64,000 bases of DNA from an uncultured bacterium (lineage in GTDB: Bacteria > Acidobacteriota > Thermoanaerobaculia > Multivoradales > JAHZIX01). The position numbers were made by a program, and so were the translations under genes. This document shows, one piece after another, positions 16,680 to 24,919 of the stretch; position 1 is the first letter of the stretch, and the number at the start of each line of letters is the position of its first letter. The stretch is taken from positions 96,001 through 160,000 of the forward strand of contig CBDUPA010000007.1 of assembly GCA_965368975.1 (NCBI GenBank). Reading direction: 5' to 3'. The notes beneath the pieces are model-generated. The model did not search any database, was not told the origin of the DNA, and worked only from the letters and a program-made list of their open reading frames with translations.

Positions 16680-19600
16680 AGGCGGGGGCGTCAGGCCGAT
16701 TGTCCAATAGCAGAGAAATGTAGGCTCAAACTGCGCAGGTACTTCATGGTGATAGCTGCTGTTGACGAAGTTATCTGAGTACAAGCGGTCATTCCATTCT
16801 TGTGACCAGAAGTTGATATCGATCTGCTGAGCGGCTCGCAGATTCTTCGCGGCCACTGCCTTGCTGTTCCTGAGTGAATAATATAAATAAAGATTATAAT
16901 GAGCGATGCGTCGAATTTCGAGGTCTTGTGGGTCTCTATCTGCCAAGATTCGCTCGATTACTGCCACCATTTCAGTCGCAGCTCTGTATCTCTCGCTTAT
17001 AGTGAAGAGGATTAGAGAATTCATGCTGATAATCAGGCGTGAGAACATGTCGGTTGCCGTCCGTCGAGCAGAGCGAAGCAGCGCTATTGCAGACTCTGGC
17101 TCTGATCCCATGTAGATAGCAATGGCTGCACGATTATTAAGAATGCAGTGTTCTTCGGATGGCAGCTCTTTCATGAGTCGCTCTGCTGTGTCTAGCTCGG
17201 CAAGGGCTTCTTGATGTTTGCCCATCTTGGATAGCTGTAGTGTTATGGAGACTCGGGTTCTGGCTTCTTCAAGTTGATCGCCGAGCTCATGGAAGATTTG
17301 AATGCTCTGACGCATGCATTCCGTAATCTCAGCATTACACCTTGTTGTGAGCTGCGCATTGCGTAGAAGGTGGGCATAGCTCCTGCAGTGGTGTATTCGA
17401 GGGTCTTCTCTGAGTTCCTTGAACAGGTCATCACAGTCAGCGTGGCTGTTTGTGCAACGGTACGCTGACAGAACAACGAGTTTGAGCCGGAGGTATAACT
17501 CTGGATCGTCTTCGATCTTGGGGAGATAGAGATCACAGAACTCGATGGCTTCTTGATGCCTGTGATCCCATACCAACAGGGCTGCGCGGTATTCTAGATA
17601 CCAGGAGGCTCTCAATTTGTCGAGGTCTGTGGCTACTCGCAGAGCCTCTTGGTATTGTCCAGCCATGAAATAAAGATATATGCAGAGACGATCCAGAGTT
17701 GTTTTCTGGTTCTCGGTTGCGGTCTGATAGGCGGTGTTACGGATCTTCTCGAGGTAAGTACAAAGTTGCCGAATAGAACGGTTAGCTAGTGCAAGTCTTG
17801 TGAGTTCATTAAGCAGCGGCAGAGCACGATATTCCTGGCCTAGGTTCATCAAGCAGACTAGAAGCATGACGATCTTGTCGGCGCGAGTTTGAAAAGAGAA
17901 CCTCTCTTCTTGCAGTTCTTGTTCGTAGATCTTCTTCCAGTGATCAAATGCAATTATTAGGTGACGGGAGAAGTCGTCACTGTCACGAGCATGCTGTAAG
18001 AGTTGATCTTGTGCAATCGAAACCTCAGTTCCATCATCAGACACAAGCCTCCGCTTCTGAAGTGTCAGAATTGTATCTTCTACATCTAGAATCTCGACCG
18101 CAGTACCTTCTAGGTCTTCGTATAGGGTGTTTAGGTGAGACCAAGGTACGATGCCACCGTGTGAGACAATCAAGGCGAATAAGAACTTTTGCTGCTCTGA
18201 TAGCGTAGTGAGGTTATCAAGAGTGATTGCCTCGAAGGATTGTTCGGCAAGTCCACGGACGTAGTCTGTATCGGGCGCGCCTCGCAGCTCTAAGGCAACT
18301 TCGAGATCTATGAATGGCCTCAGGTTTCCCTCTGACTCCTGATAAGATCTTCGCACGAACAAGTCGATGGCACCTTCCCTCTTGCGGAGGATTTTCATCG
18401 CGTGATCCACCTGGAGCTTGCCGAGCTTGAGCGTTTGCACTATTACTGAGGCGACCGCGAAGGCTGATTCTAACTGTGTTAAATCCCAGCCATTCGGATC
18501 ATCTTCTGTCAGCTCTAATAGAAGATAGATTCCTCTAGGAGATTGGAGGAGCCGTGAAAAGAAATCAAGTGAGTAGTCATCTAGGTTCTGTGCGTTCTCC
18601 ACGCAGATGACCATCGGGAGTTTACCGGAGCAATGCAGAATGTAACTCTCAAGAAGGGGGAGATCACGTTCTCCAAGTCTGGCAAGTTCATGCCAGAAGG
18701 TGGAGGGCGTAAACTCTGCGGGCTGAGGGAAATCCTGTCGCTGCGAGAGTCTTCTACTTGCGATGTGTGACTGAAAGGAAGGAATCTGTCCAGGAAAAGT
18801 TGCGGCCGAGAGGTGAATTCGGTGTGCGAGAACACGCATGTAGAAAGATTCTTCCCGGTAGTCCCGGGCATGCTGCGGGATTGCCAATCGAACATAGAGT
18901 TGCTGAGGTGAATGTTGGCGATTCTTGAGTTCGCTAAAAACCCTCTCTGTTAGCGCACTCTTACCCACGCCGCTCGGAGCATGTAGAAGCAGAGCTTTGT
19001 TTTGGTATTCTGTAGCGAGTATATCTGTGCACAAGGCTGAGATCTCTGCTGACCGATTTACGAAGTGTGATGCTTTAACTGAAGCAGGCACCTGCCGTTG
19101 GTCGACATCTTTGGGTAAATACGTGAACTCGCGATATTCATCATGGTCCCGAGGGGCTTGATCCGACTTATCTAAGTCACTTGAAGCGAGAACTTCATCC
19201 GCATGAACCGGTCCGGTGTCGAATCGCCTCTGGAATAGAACTGGTGTATGTTGTGCCGGTGAGTGCTCCATATGCAGTGCATTACAGGCGATACTGTAAG
19301 AGTCTGGAATGCTCTCGCCTGCACCGACAGCATCATAGAATGCAACGGAGAAGGTTATTGCAGCAGAGTCCGGAATCTCTTTGCCCATTCCGATGACAAA
19401 ATCTACATGTTTCGCTAGATACTCTGCCTGAATGCGAGAGAAGCAAGCGTTGAGGAGAATGCACTGGATTGATTTAGAAGTGATTCTAAAAAAATGGCCT
19501 AGAGCGTGATTATCTACAGGACGAGAGTGCCCTTTACCGTCGAGAAGATGTAACCCTCCTTTGCCAGAACCGTGGCCAGAGAAATGGATGAAATGAGGAC

Positions 19601-19790
19601 GGAACCTCAGGACTAGCCGCCGAAGGTCCCTTATTTGTGTGGCTGGGTGATGCTCGATAATAAACGAGTGCTGACTAGCGGAAAGGCCGGTTCGGATCTC
19701 TTCAGCTTCCTGAGCAAGTTGAAGACTCGCAGAATCTATTGCATTTGCTGCGAGGATTAGGAGGCGCCGAGATTCTGCGGGCCCGTTCAC
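16674..19790 (-). CDS. CHAT (caspase-like) protease + P-loop NTPase (STAND-like) + helical/TPR-like protein
   Basis: HFSGHG and LNACFS (His/Cys dyad); Walker A APSGVGKS; Walker B-like ICVENAQ; long helical C-terminus; GTG start. Confidence 0.8.
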   Translation of the reverse strand: MNGPAESRRLLILAANAIDSASLQLAQEAEEIRTGLSASQHSFIIEHHPATQIRDLRRLVLRFRPHFIHFSGHGSGKGGLHLLDGKGHSRPVDNHALGHFFRITSKSIQCILLNACFSRIQAEYLAKHVDFVIGMGKEIPDSAAITFSVAFYDAVGAGESIPDSYSIACNALHMEHSPAQHTPVLFQRRFDTGPVHADEVLASSDLDKSDQAPRDHDEYREFTYLPKDVDQRQVPASVKASHFVNRSAEISALCTDILATEYQNKALLLHAPSGVGKSALTERVFSELKNRQHSPQQLYVRLAIPQHARDYREESFYMRVLAHRIHLSAATFPGQIPSFQSHIASRRLSQRQDFPQPAEFTPSTFWHELARLGERDLPLLESYILHCSGKLPMVICVENAQNLDDYSLDFFSRLLQSPRGIYLLLELTEDDPNGWDLTQLESAFAVASVIVQTLKLGKLQVDHAMKILRKREGAIDLFVRRSYQESEGNLRPFIDLEVALELRGAPDTDYVRGLAEQSFEAITLDNLTTLSEQQKFLFALIVSHGGIVPWSHLNTLYEDLEGTAVEILDVEDTILTLQKRRLVSDDGTEVSIAQDQLLQHARDSDDFSRHLIIAFDHWKKIYEQELQEERFSFQTRADKIVMLLVCLMNLGQEYRALPLLNELTRLALANRSIRQLCTYLEKIRNTAYQTATENQKTTLDRLCIYLYFMAGQYQEALRVATDLDKLRASWYLEYRAALLVWDHRHQEAIEFCDLYLPKIEDDPELYLRLKLVVLSAYRCTNSHADCDDLFKELREDPRIHHCRSYAHLLRNAQLTTRCNAEITECMRQSIQIFHELGDQLEEARTRVSITLQLSKMGKHQEALAELDTAERLMKELPSEEHCILNNRAAIAIYMGSEPESAIALLRSARRTATDMFSRLIISMNSLILFTISERYRAATEMVAVIERILADRDPQDLEIRRIAHYNLYLYYSLRNSKAVAAKNLRAAQQIDINFWSQEWNDRLYSDNFVNSSYHHEVPAQFEPTFLCYWTIGLTPPPS

Positions 19791-19794
19791 TATC

Positions 19795-19811
19795 GATAAT
19801 TTCTAGTTATC
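19795..19811 (-). repeat. Putative recombination site, right (inverted) copy
   Basis: GATAATTTCTAGTTATC is the exact reverse complement of 14129-14145; lies 4 bp upstream of the CHAT gene GTG. Confidence 0.8.
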
Positions 19812-19824
19812 ATTGCTGCCTGGT

Positions 19825-19854
19825 AGGCTAGCATGGTGGTAATGGGTAGTGCAA
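19825..19854 (-). promoter_or_regulatory. Putative sigma70-type promoter pointing into the invertible segment
   Basis: Minus strand TTGCAC-N18-TAGCCT with an extended -10 TG; imperfect match found by eye. Confidence 0.35.
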
Positions 19855-20045
19855 CTGCGGATTTGCCACAGGTTCTTTACTTCCTTTTCCTGCAGAGAAA
19901 TTTTGTCCCAGGCGGTTCAAGATTCCCAGCCACCAGGCATCCTTTGAGTTGCCGCTAACGTATCCTAAATTCGACCCCTGTCGCGACGCCCACCCGCGTC
20001 GCGACACCAACCAAGGCTGGCCACCACCGTCTAGGAGCCGACCCG

Positions 20046-21533
20046 ATGCCCACGACCCCAACCCGCCTCACCTTCTTCCTTCTCCTGATCCTCTCCCTCT
20101 TCCTCCCAATCCCCACCCCCGCTCAATCTCCGGACACCCACCCCGACCCCCGTCTCGGTGAGCTGATCGTCTTCACCCAGCCTGACGACACCCCGCGCCA
20201 CCAACACTTCCTCGACGCCGACCTCCCCCAGATCCACACTGTCGCCGCCAAGGCTCACGTCCCCGTGCGCGTCATCGACGTGACCGAAGAGGGCGCACCG
20301 CCCGAGATCAGGACGACGCCGGTGTTGGTCTACCAGAACTTCCAGGGACGCTCGATCTTCCAAGGCCGCTACGCCTCCGGTCCAGCGGTTCGCAACTTCC
20401 TGCGCACCGCGCGCGCCGTACCGCAAGGGGGGGAGAAGGAGGTCAAGGACAGCATCTATCGCAAGGTCGAAGGCCGGGCGCAGGTCATGGTGCGACCGAA
20501 GATCACGGAGCTTGCAGGGGAGATTCCGGACGACTTCGATGCAAGAGAGTTCGCCATCCTGATGGACGCAGGGGTCTCGATGGGCTTGTCGGAGTACGGG
20601 TACTTCCGCATGGGAGACGTGACGGTGGAGCGGTCGGACCGGGTGTTCTACTACGACTTCTATCCCTACCGTTCCGACGACGGCAAGCTCTTCATCTCAG
20701 TGGCTCTGTTCTCGCCGTTCAACTGCATCGAGCCCGTGTTCACGCGCTTCGACGATCCGGTTTCCGGGCCTTGGGAGGACCGGGTTCAGGTCTTTGCGCG
20801 GGCGGCGAGGGTGCTGGAGGTGGCGGCGCGGCAGGTAATGGCGACGTCTGAGTTGGGCGACGGATTCGCGACGATAGCGGACTCTGTGCCGACGGTGAGC
20901 TGGGCGGATCTGGGTTTGACCTTGCCCGAGCGGCCGCAGGGAGTTTCAGCAGTGGCGGCGGGTGTGGAACTCGGAACGAAGTGGGTGTTGCCGCCGGCAC
21001 AGGACGGAGACGCGCCGCGGGTGCAGTTCCACTTTGCGGCGCCGCTGGATCGCTATGCGGGCGAAGCTTCGGAAGTGAGTGGCGAGTTCGTGCTCAGTGA
21101 GACGGAAGACGGCCCATCCCTCGACGACATGGACGGTTGGGTGGAGGTGCAGACGGCCTCCGTGACGATGGGGTTGCCGGCGTTGGATGCGGCGGTGCAC
21201 GGCAAGATGTTGAAAGTGGCGGACTACCCGACAGCACGGTTTGAACTGTCGTCGATGACGGCGGAACCCGCGACGCTACGGTTCGGCACGTCCTCGCAAG
21301 CGGTGGCGCAGGGCACGTTCTCGCTGCTGAAGGTCGACATCCCGCTGGCCGTGCGGGCGCAGATCGAACCGGTGGTGGGGGACGACGGACAGCCGCGGTT
21401 GTGGGTGCGGGCGCAGGCGCAGTTGCGTATCGGGCAGGCGTTCGGGCTCGAGGGACCGGACGGACCGGCGCCGGCGCGCGATACGGTGGTGCTGGTGCTC
21501 GACTTCGAAATGGTGCCGGCGGACGCCGACTGA
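20046..21533 (+). CDS. Secreted protein with C-terminal YceI domain
   Basis: Signal peptide; C-terminal ASVTMG..LDAAVHGKMLKVADYPTARF resembles YceI; adjacent to a YceI paralog. Confidence 0.6.
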   Translation: MPTTPTRLTFFLLLILSLFLPIPTPAQSPDTHPDPRLGELIVFTQPDDTPRHQHFLDADLPQIHTVAAKAHVPVRVIDVTEEGAPPEIRTTPVLVYQNFQGRSIFQGRYASGPAVRNFLRTARAVPQGGEKEVKDSIYRKVEGRAQVMVRPKITELAGEIPDDFDAREFAILMDAGVSMGLSEYGYFRMGDVTVERSDRVFYYDFYPYRSDDGKLFISVALFSPFNCIEPVFTRFDDPVSGPWEDRVQVFARAARVLEVAARQVMATSELGDGFATIADSVPTVSWADLGLTLPERPQGVSAVAAGVELGTKWVLPPAQDGDAPRVQFHFAAPLDRYAGEASEVSGEFVLSETEDGPSLDDMDGWVEVQTASVTMGLPALDAAVHGKMLKVADYPTARFELSSMTAEPATLRFGTSSQAVAQGTFSLLKVDIPLAVRAQIEPVVGDDGQPRLWVRAQAQLRIGQAFGLEGPDGPAPARDTVVLVLDFEMVPADAD

Positions 21534-21676
21534 GGCACCCCGAGCCGTGCTAGTAAAGCGGCAGCGAAGATGATGTATCCTTAGCGCGCTGCACGGGCGG
21601 GACGCCAGCCCGCGCGCACTCATTCGACGGGCTCCCGTCGGACTCAAACCCCAAGACCAAGACAGGAGGACAACGT

Positions 21677-22225
21677 ATGCGTACGTTCAAGCTGCTCTCC
21701 ATTTTCGCTCTCGCCGCGCTCGTCTCGCTCGCCGTGCCGGCGGCGGCCGACGACAACGAGCTGTCGTTCAAGGCCAACAACCAGGTGTACAACGCCAATG
21801 GCACGTTCAAGAACTTCGAGTTCACCAGTGTCGACATCCCGGGCGGTGACCTGACCCAGGGCACGGTCGAGATGAAGATTGACCTCAACTCGGTGGACGA
21901 GAAGAGCCCGGATCTGGCCGAGCATCTGCGCCAGCCGGACTTCTTCGACGTGGTCAAGTTCCCGGCCGCGACGGTGAAGGTGCACGGCATCACCAAGACC
22001 GGGGACAACACCTATGACGCCACCGCGACGGTCAACTTCATGGGTACCTCCAACGACGTGCCGGTGAGCTTCACCGTGGTGTCCGAGGATCCGTTGCGCA
22101 TTGAGGGCAGTGGCACCATGAATCGCCTGGACTTCGGCCTGGGGCAGGCCCACGACCCCGAGAACAAGTACTCGATCGTGCCGCAGGTCGAGATCAGCCT
22201 GAAGGCGACTCTCCCGACGAGCTGA
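21677..22225 (+). CDS. YceI family lipid/polyisoprenoid-binding protein
   Basis: Signal peptide, IDLNSVD, HLRQPDFFDVVKFP, NRLDFGLG. Confidence 0.88.
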   Translation: MRTFKLLSIFALAALVSLAVPAAADDNELSFKANNQVYNANGTFKNFEFTSVDIPGGDLTQGTVEMKIDLNSVDEKSPDLAEHLRQPDFFDVVKFPAATVKVHGITKTGDNTYDATATVNFMGTSNDVPVSFTVVSEDPLRIEGSGTMNRLDFGLGQAHDPENKYSIVPQVEISLKATLPTS

Positions 22226-22231
22226 GGCGAC

Positions 22232-22287
22232 GGCGCTTCTGACGAGGCGCTTCTGAAGAGGCACTTCTGACGAGGCGCTTCTGAAGA
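22232..22287. repeat. Four 14-bp tandem repeats GGC(G/A)CTTCTGA(C/A)GA
   Basis: Read directly between the YceI stop and the terminator. Confidence 0.85.
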
Positions 22288-22291
22288 CTAG

Positions 22292-22324
22292 AACGGCCGG
22301 TCCTGCGGGGCTCGGCCGTTTTTT
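22292..22324 (+). terminator. Rho-independent terminator
   Basis: AACGGCCG...CGGCCGTT hairpin followed by a T run. Confidence 0.75.
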
Positions 22325-22381
22325 CATGTCTGGATTTCGGATGAGGAGTTTTGTTGTCGATGCTGGCTGTGTCCAAAGGGC

Positions 22382-24772
22382 ATGGACAGCAAGAATGACC
22401 TCCCGAAAACGCCGGCCGTTTCCCTTTGGGGAACTCTCTGGCGCGACCCCCGCCATTATCAGATCACCATCCTCGGGACCCTCAGTCTCTACGGCTTGGG
22501 CAGTCTGGGTTTCGTCGTGCCGCCGGCGCAGGCGTTGACGCTGATCGTGACGGCCTTGGTGACGCAGTGGGCCTTCTCACGCTGGCGCGGTATCGCGCTG
22601 GATGTCCGCAGTCCGCTGATCTCGTCACTGTCGCTGTGTCTGCTGTTGCGCAGTCCGTCCATGACGCTGGCGGCGCTGGCGGCGTTCGTCACGATCGCGG
22701 GCAAGTTCTTGATCCGGCGGCGAGGCAAGCACGTCTTCAATCCGACCAATCTCGGTCTGGTGGTGATGCTCGGCGCGGCGTTGCTGCTGCGCGCGTGGTG
22801 GCCATCGCTGGGTGGCGTCTGGGTGTCGCCGGGGCAGTGGGGCAGTACCGCCTTTGTGGGCTTCTTCCTGGCCTGTCTGGGTGCGCTGGTGCTCTACCGA
22901 GCGGCGCGCGCGGACGTCAGCCTGGGCTTTCTCGGCGCGTATGCGGCGCTGTGCTGTGGCCGCGCGCTGTGGTTGGGCGATCCGTGGTCGATTCCGCTGC
23001 ACCAGCTACAGAACGGCTCACTGCTGATCTTCACCTTCTTCATGATCTCGGACCCCAAGACGACGCCCGACTCGCGCGCCGGCCGGCTGCTGTTCGCAGC
23101 GCTGGTGGCGGTGGGGGCTGCTTGGGTGCAGTTCGGGCTGTACCAGCCCAACGGACCGCTGTGGGCGCTGGCCGCGCTGGCGCCGACGGTGCCGTTGCTC
23201 GACCGTCTACTGCCGGGGCAGCGCTACCGCTGGCCCGGCCTACCAGCAACCACTCCGTCTCGACTCACTCTGACTGGACTCACTCAGAACCAAGGAGGAC
23301 AGACTATGTCTTCTCTCTCGTCTCCGCGATGCCGCTTGCGCCGTTCCGCCCTGCAGGGCGGAGTCCCGCGTCTCTTTCTCGCCTTGCTGCTGCCGCTGCT
23401 CCTGGTGTCGCTGCTGTTGCCTGCGGGCTCGGCGTCCGCCTTCTGCGGCTTCTACGTCGCCAAGGCGGACACGAAGCTGTTCAACCGAGCCTCGAAGGTC
23501 GTACTGGTACGCGACGGTGATCGCACGGTGATGACGATGGCCAATGACTACCAGGGCGACCTGTCCGAGTTCGCGGTCGTGATCCCGGTGCCGACGTTCC
23601 TCGAACGCGAGCAGATCCACGTTGCCGACAACGCGTTGATCGAACACCTGGACGCCTACACGGCGCCGCGCCTGGTCGAGTACTTCGACGACAACCCTTG
23701 CGGCCGCTACGAGATGGAGGCGGCGATGCCGTCTGCGGTGATGCGCCAGGACATGGCTGCCGAGGGCAAATCGCTCGAAAGGGCGCGCAGCCTGGGCGTG
23801 ACGATCGAGGCACAGTACGACGTCGGTGAGTACGACATCCTGATCCTGTCGGCCGAGGAGAGCACCGGCTTGGTGACCTGGCTGACCGAGAGTGGTTACC
23901 GTTTGCCTGAGGGTGCTGAGCCGGTGGTCGGCAGTTACTTGAAGCAGGGCGTTCGTTTCTTCGTCGCCAAGGTCGACTTGAGTGAGCAGGCGAAGCTGGG
24001 GTACAGCTACCTGCGGCCGCTGCAGGTAGCCTTCGAGACGCCCAAGTTCATGCTGCCGATCCGCCTGGGGACGGTGAACGCTGAGGGCCCGCAGGAGCTC
24101 TTCGTCTTCGCGCTGACCCGCCGCGGTCGGGTGGAGACGACGAACTACCGTACGGTGCGCCTACCGACAGGGCAGGAGATCCCGACCTATGTCAAGAATG
24201 ACTTCGGCGACTTCTACCGCGACATGTTTAGCCAGCAAGTGGAGAAGGAGAACATGCGCGCGGTGTTCTTGGAGTACGCCTGGGACATGGCCTGGTGCGA
24301 TCCCTGCGCCGCCGATCCGCTGAGCCAGAGCGAGCTGCGCGAGCTGGGTGTCTTCTGGCTCGACGGTGGTCCGACTGTGGGCCCAACTGGGGGCCCGACT
24401 GTGGGCCCAACTGGGGGCCGGCAGGTGCAGCCCTCGGGGCCGCAGAACGTCTTCGTGACGCGGCTGCACGTGCGCTACGACGCTGCGCACTTCCCGGAGG
24501 ATCTGTTCTTCCAGCAGACGGGGGACAGGACCAACTTCCAGGGCCGTTATGTGCTACGCCATGCTTGGACCGGCAACGATCGCTGCCCGGCGGCGCAGGA
24601 GTACTTCCGGCAACTCGCCGATCGTCGCGAGCAGGAGGCCAAGACGCTGGCCAGCCTGACCGGCTGGAATGTCAATGACATTCGCGGACGGATGGGGGAG
24701 GTGCCGGGTGCTGGCAGTCCCGAGCCGGCGGCGGACGAAGTGCCGTGGTGGAAGCGGATCTGGCCGGGCTGA
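22382..24772 (+). CDS. RnfD/NqrB-like membrane domain in frame with a DUF2330-like protein (internal RBS and ATG at 23306)
   Basis: RDPRHYQI, KHVFNPTN, FFMISDPKTTP; then signal peptide + AFCGFYVAKAD, PRLVEYFD, EYAWD..WCDPC. Confidence 0.75.
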   Translation: MDSKNDLPKTPAVSLWGTLWRDPRHYQITILGTLSLYGLGSLGFVVPPAQALTLIVTALVTQWAFSRWRGIALDVRSPLISSLSLCLLLRSPSMTLAALAAFVTIAGKFLIRRRGKHVFNPTNLGLVVMLGAALLLRAWWPSLGGVWVSPGQWGSTAFVGFFLACLGALVLYRAARADVSLGFLGAYAALCCGRALWLGDPWSIPLHQLQNGSLLIFTFFMISDPKTTPDSRAGRLLFAALVAVGAAWVQFGLYQPNGPLWALAALAPTVPLLDRLLPGQRYRWPGLPATTPSRLTLTGLTQNQGGQTMSSLSSPRCRLRRSALQGGVPRLFLALLLPLLLVSLLLPAGSASAFCGFYVAKADTKLFNRASKVVLVRDGDRTVMTMANDYQGDLSEFAVVIPVPTFLEREQIHVADNALIEHLDAYTAPRLVEYFDDNPCGRYEMEAAMPSAVMRQDMAAEGKSLERARSLGVTIEAQYDVGEYDILILSAEESTGLVTWLTESGYRLPEGAEPVVGSYLKQGVRFFVAKVDLSEQAKLGYSYLRPLQVAFETPKFMLPIRLGTVNAEGPQELFVFALTRRGRVETTNYRTVRLPTGQEIPTYVKNDFGDFYRDMFSQQVEKENMRAVFLEYAWDMAWCDPCAADPLSQSELRELGVFWLDGGPTVGPTGGPTVGPTGGRQVQPSGPQNVFVTRLHVRYDAAHFPEDLFFQQTGDRTNFQGRYVLRHAWTGNDRCPAAQEYFRQLADRREQEAKTLASLTGWNVNDIRGRMGEVPGAGSPEPAADEVPWWKRIWPG
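24365..24418 (+). repeat. 24-bp in-frame tandem duplication (GGPTVGPT x2)
   Basis: ccgactgtgggcccaactggggg occurs twice. Confidence 0.75.
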
Positions 24773-24803
24773 GGGGGGCCGGACCACAGACGCCATTTTC
24801 TGG

Positions 24804-24903
24804 GTAGGGGCACCCCCATGTGGGTGCCCTGCGGCGGAACGCCGCATCCGGAATCCAGACCACCCGCACCCCGCCCAGGGCGGCCACACGGGGCCGCCCC
24901 TAC
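24804..24903. repeat. REP doublet (REPIN-like), GTAG family
   Basis: GTAGGGGCACCC..GGGTGCCCT and inverted AGGGCGGCC..GGCCGCCCCTAC between convergent genes. Confidence 0.7.
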
Positions 24904-24919
24904 CCAGAAGGAAGCCGGA

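Larger units (their letters stand above)
13000..19960. mobile_element. Lower-GC genomic island carrying a tyrosine recombinase and cargo
   Basis: Abrupt shift from strongly GC-rich flanks to roughly balanced composition (judged by eye); integrase at the left end; boundaries approximate. Confidence 0.75.

Noticed and set aside
13194-19811. Classical integron
   Set aside because: No IntI-specific insertion evident, no attC-like hairpins between cargo genes, and the cargo is convergent rather than a co-oriented array
22232-22287. Short repeats as a CRISPR array
   Set aside because: 14-bp units are directly adjacent with no spacers, and there are no cas genes in the window
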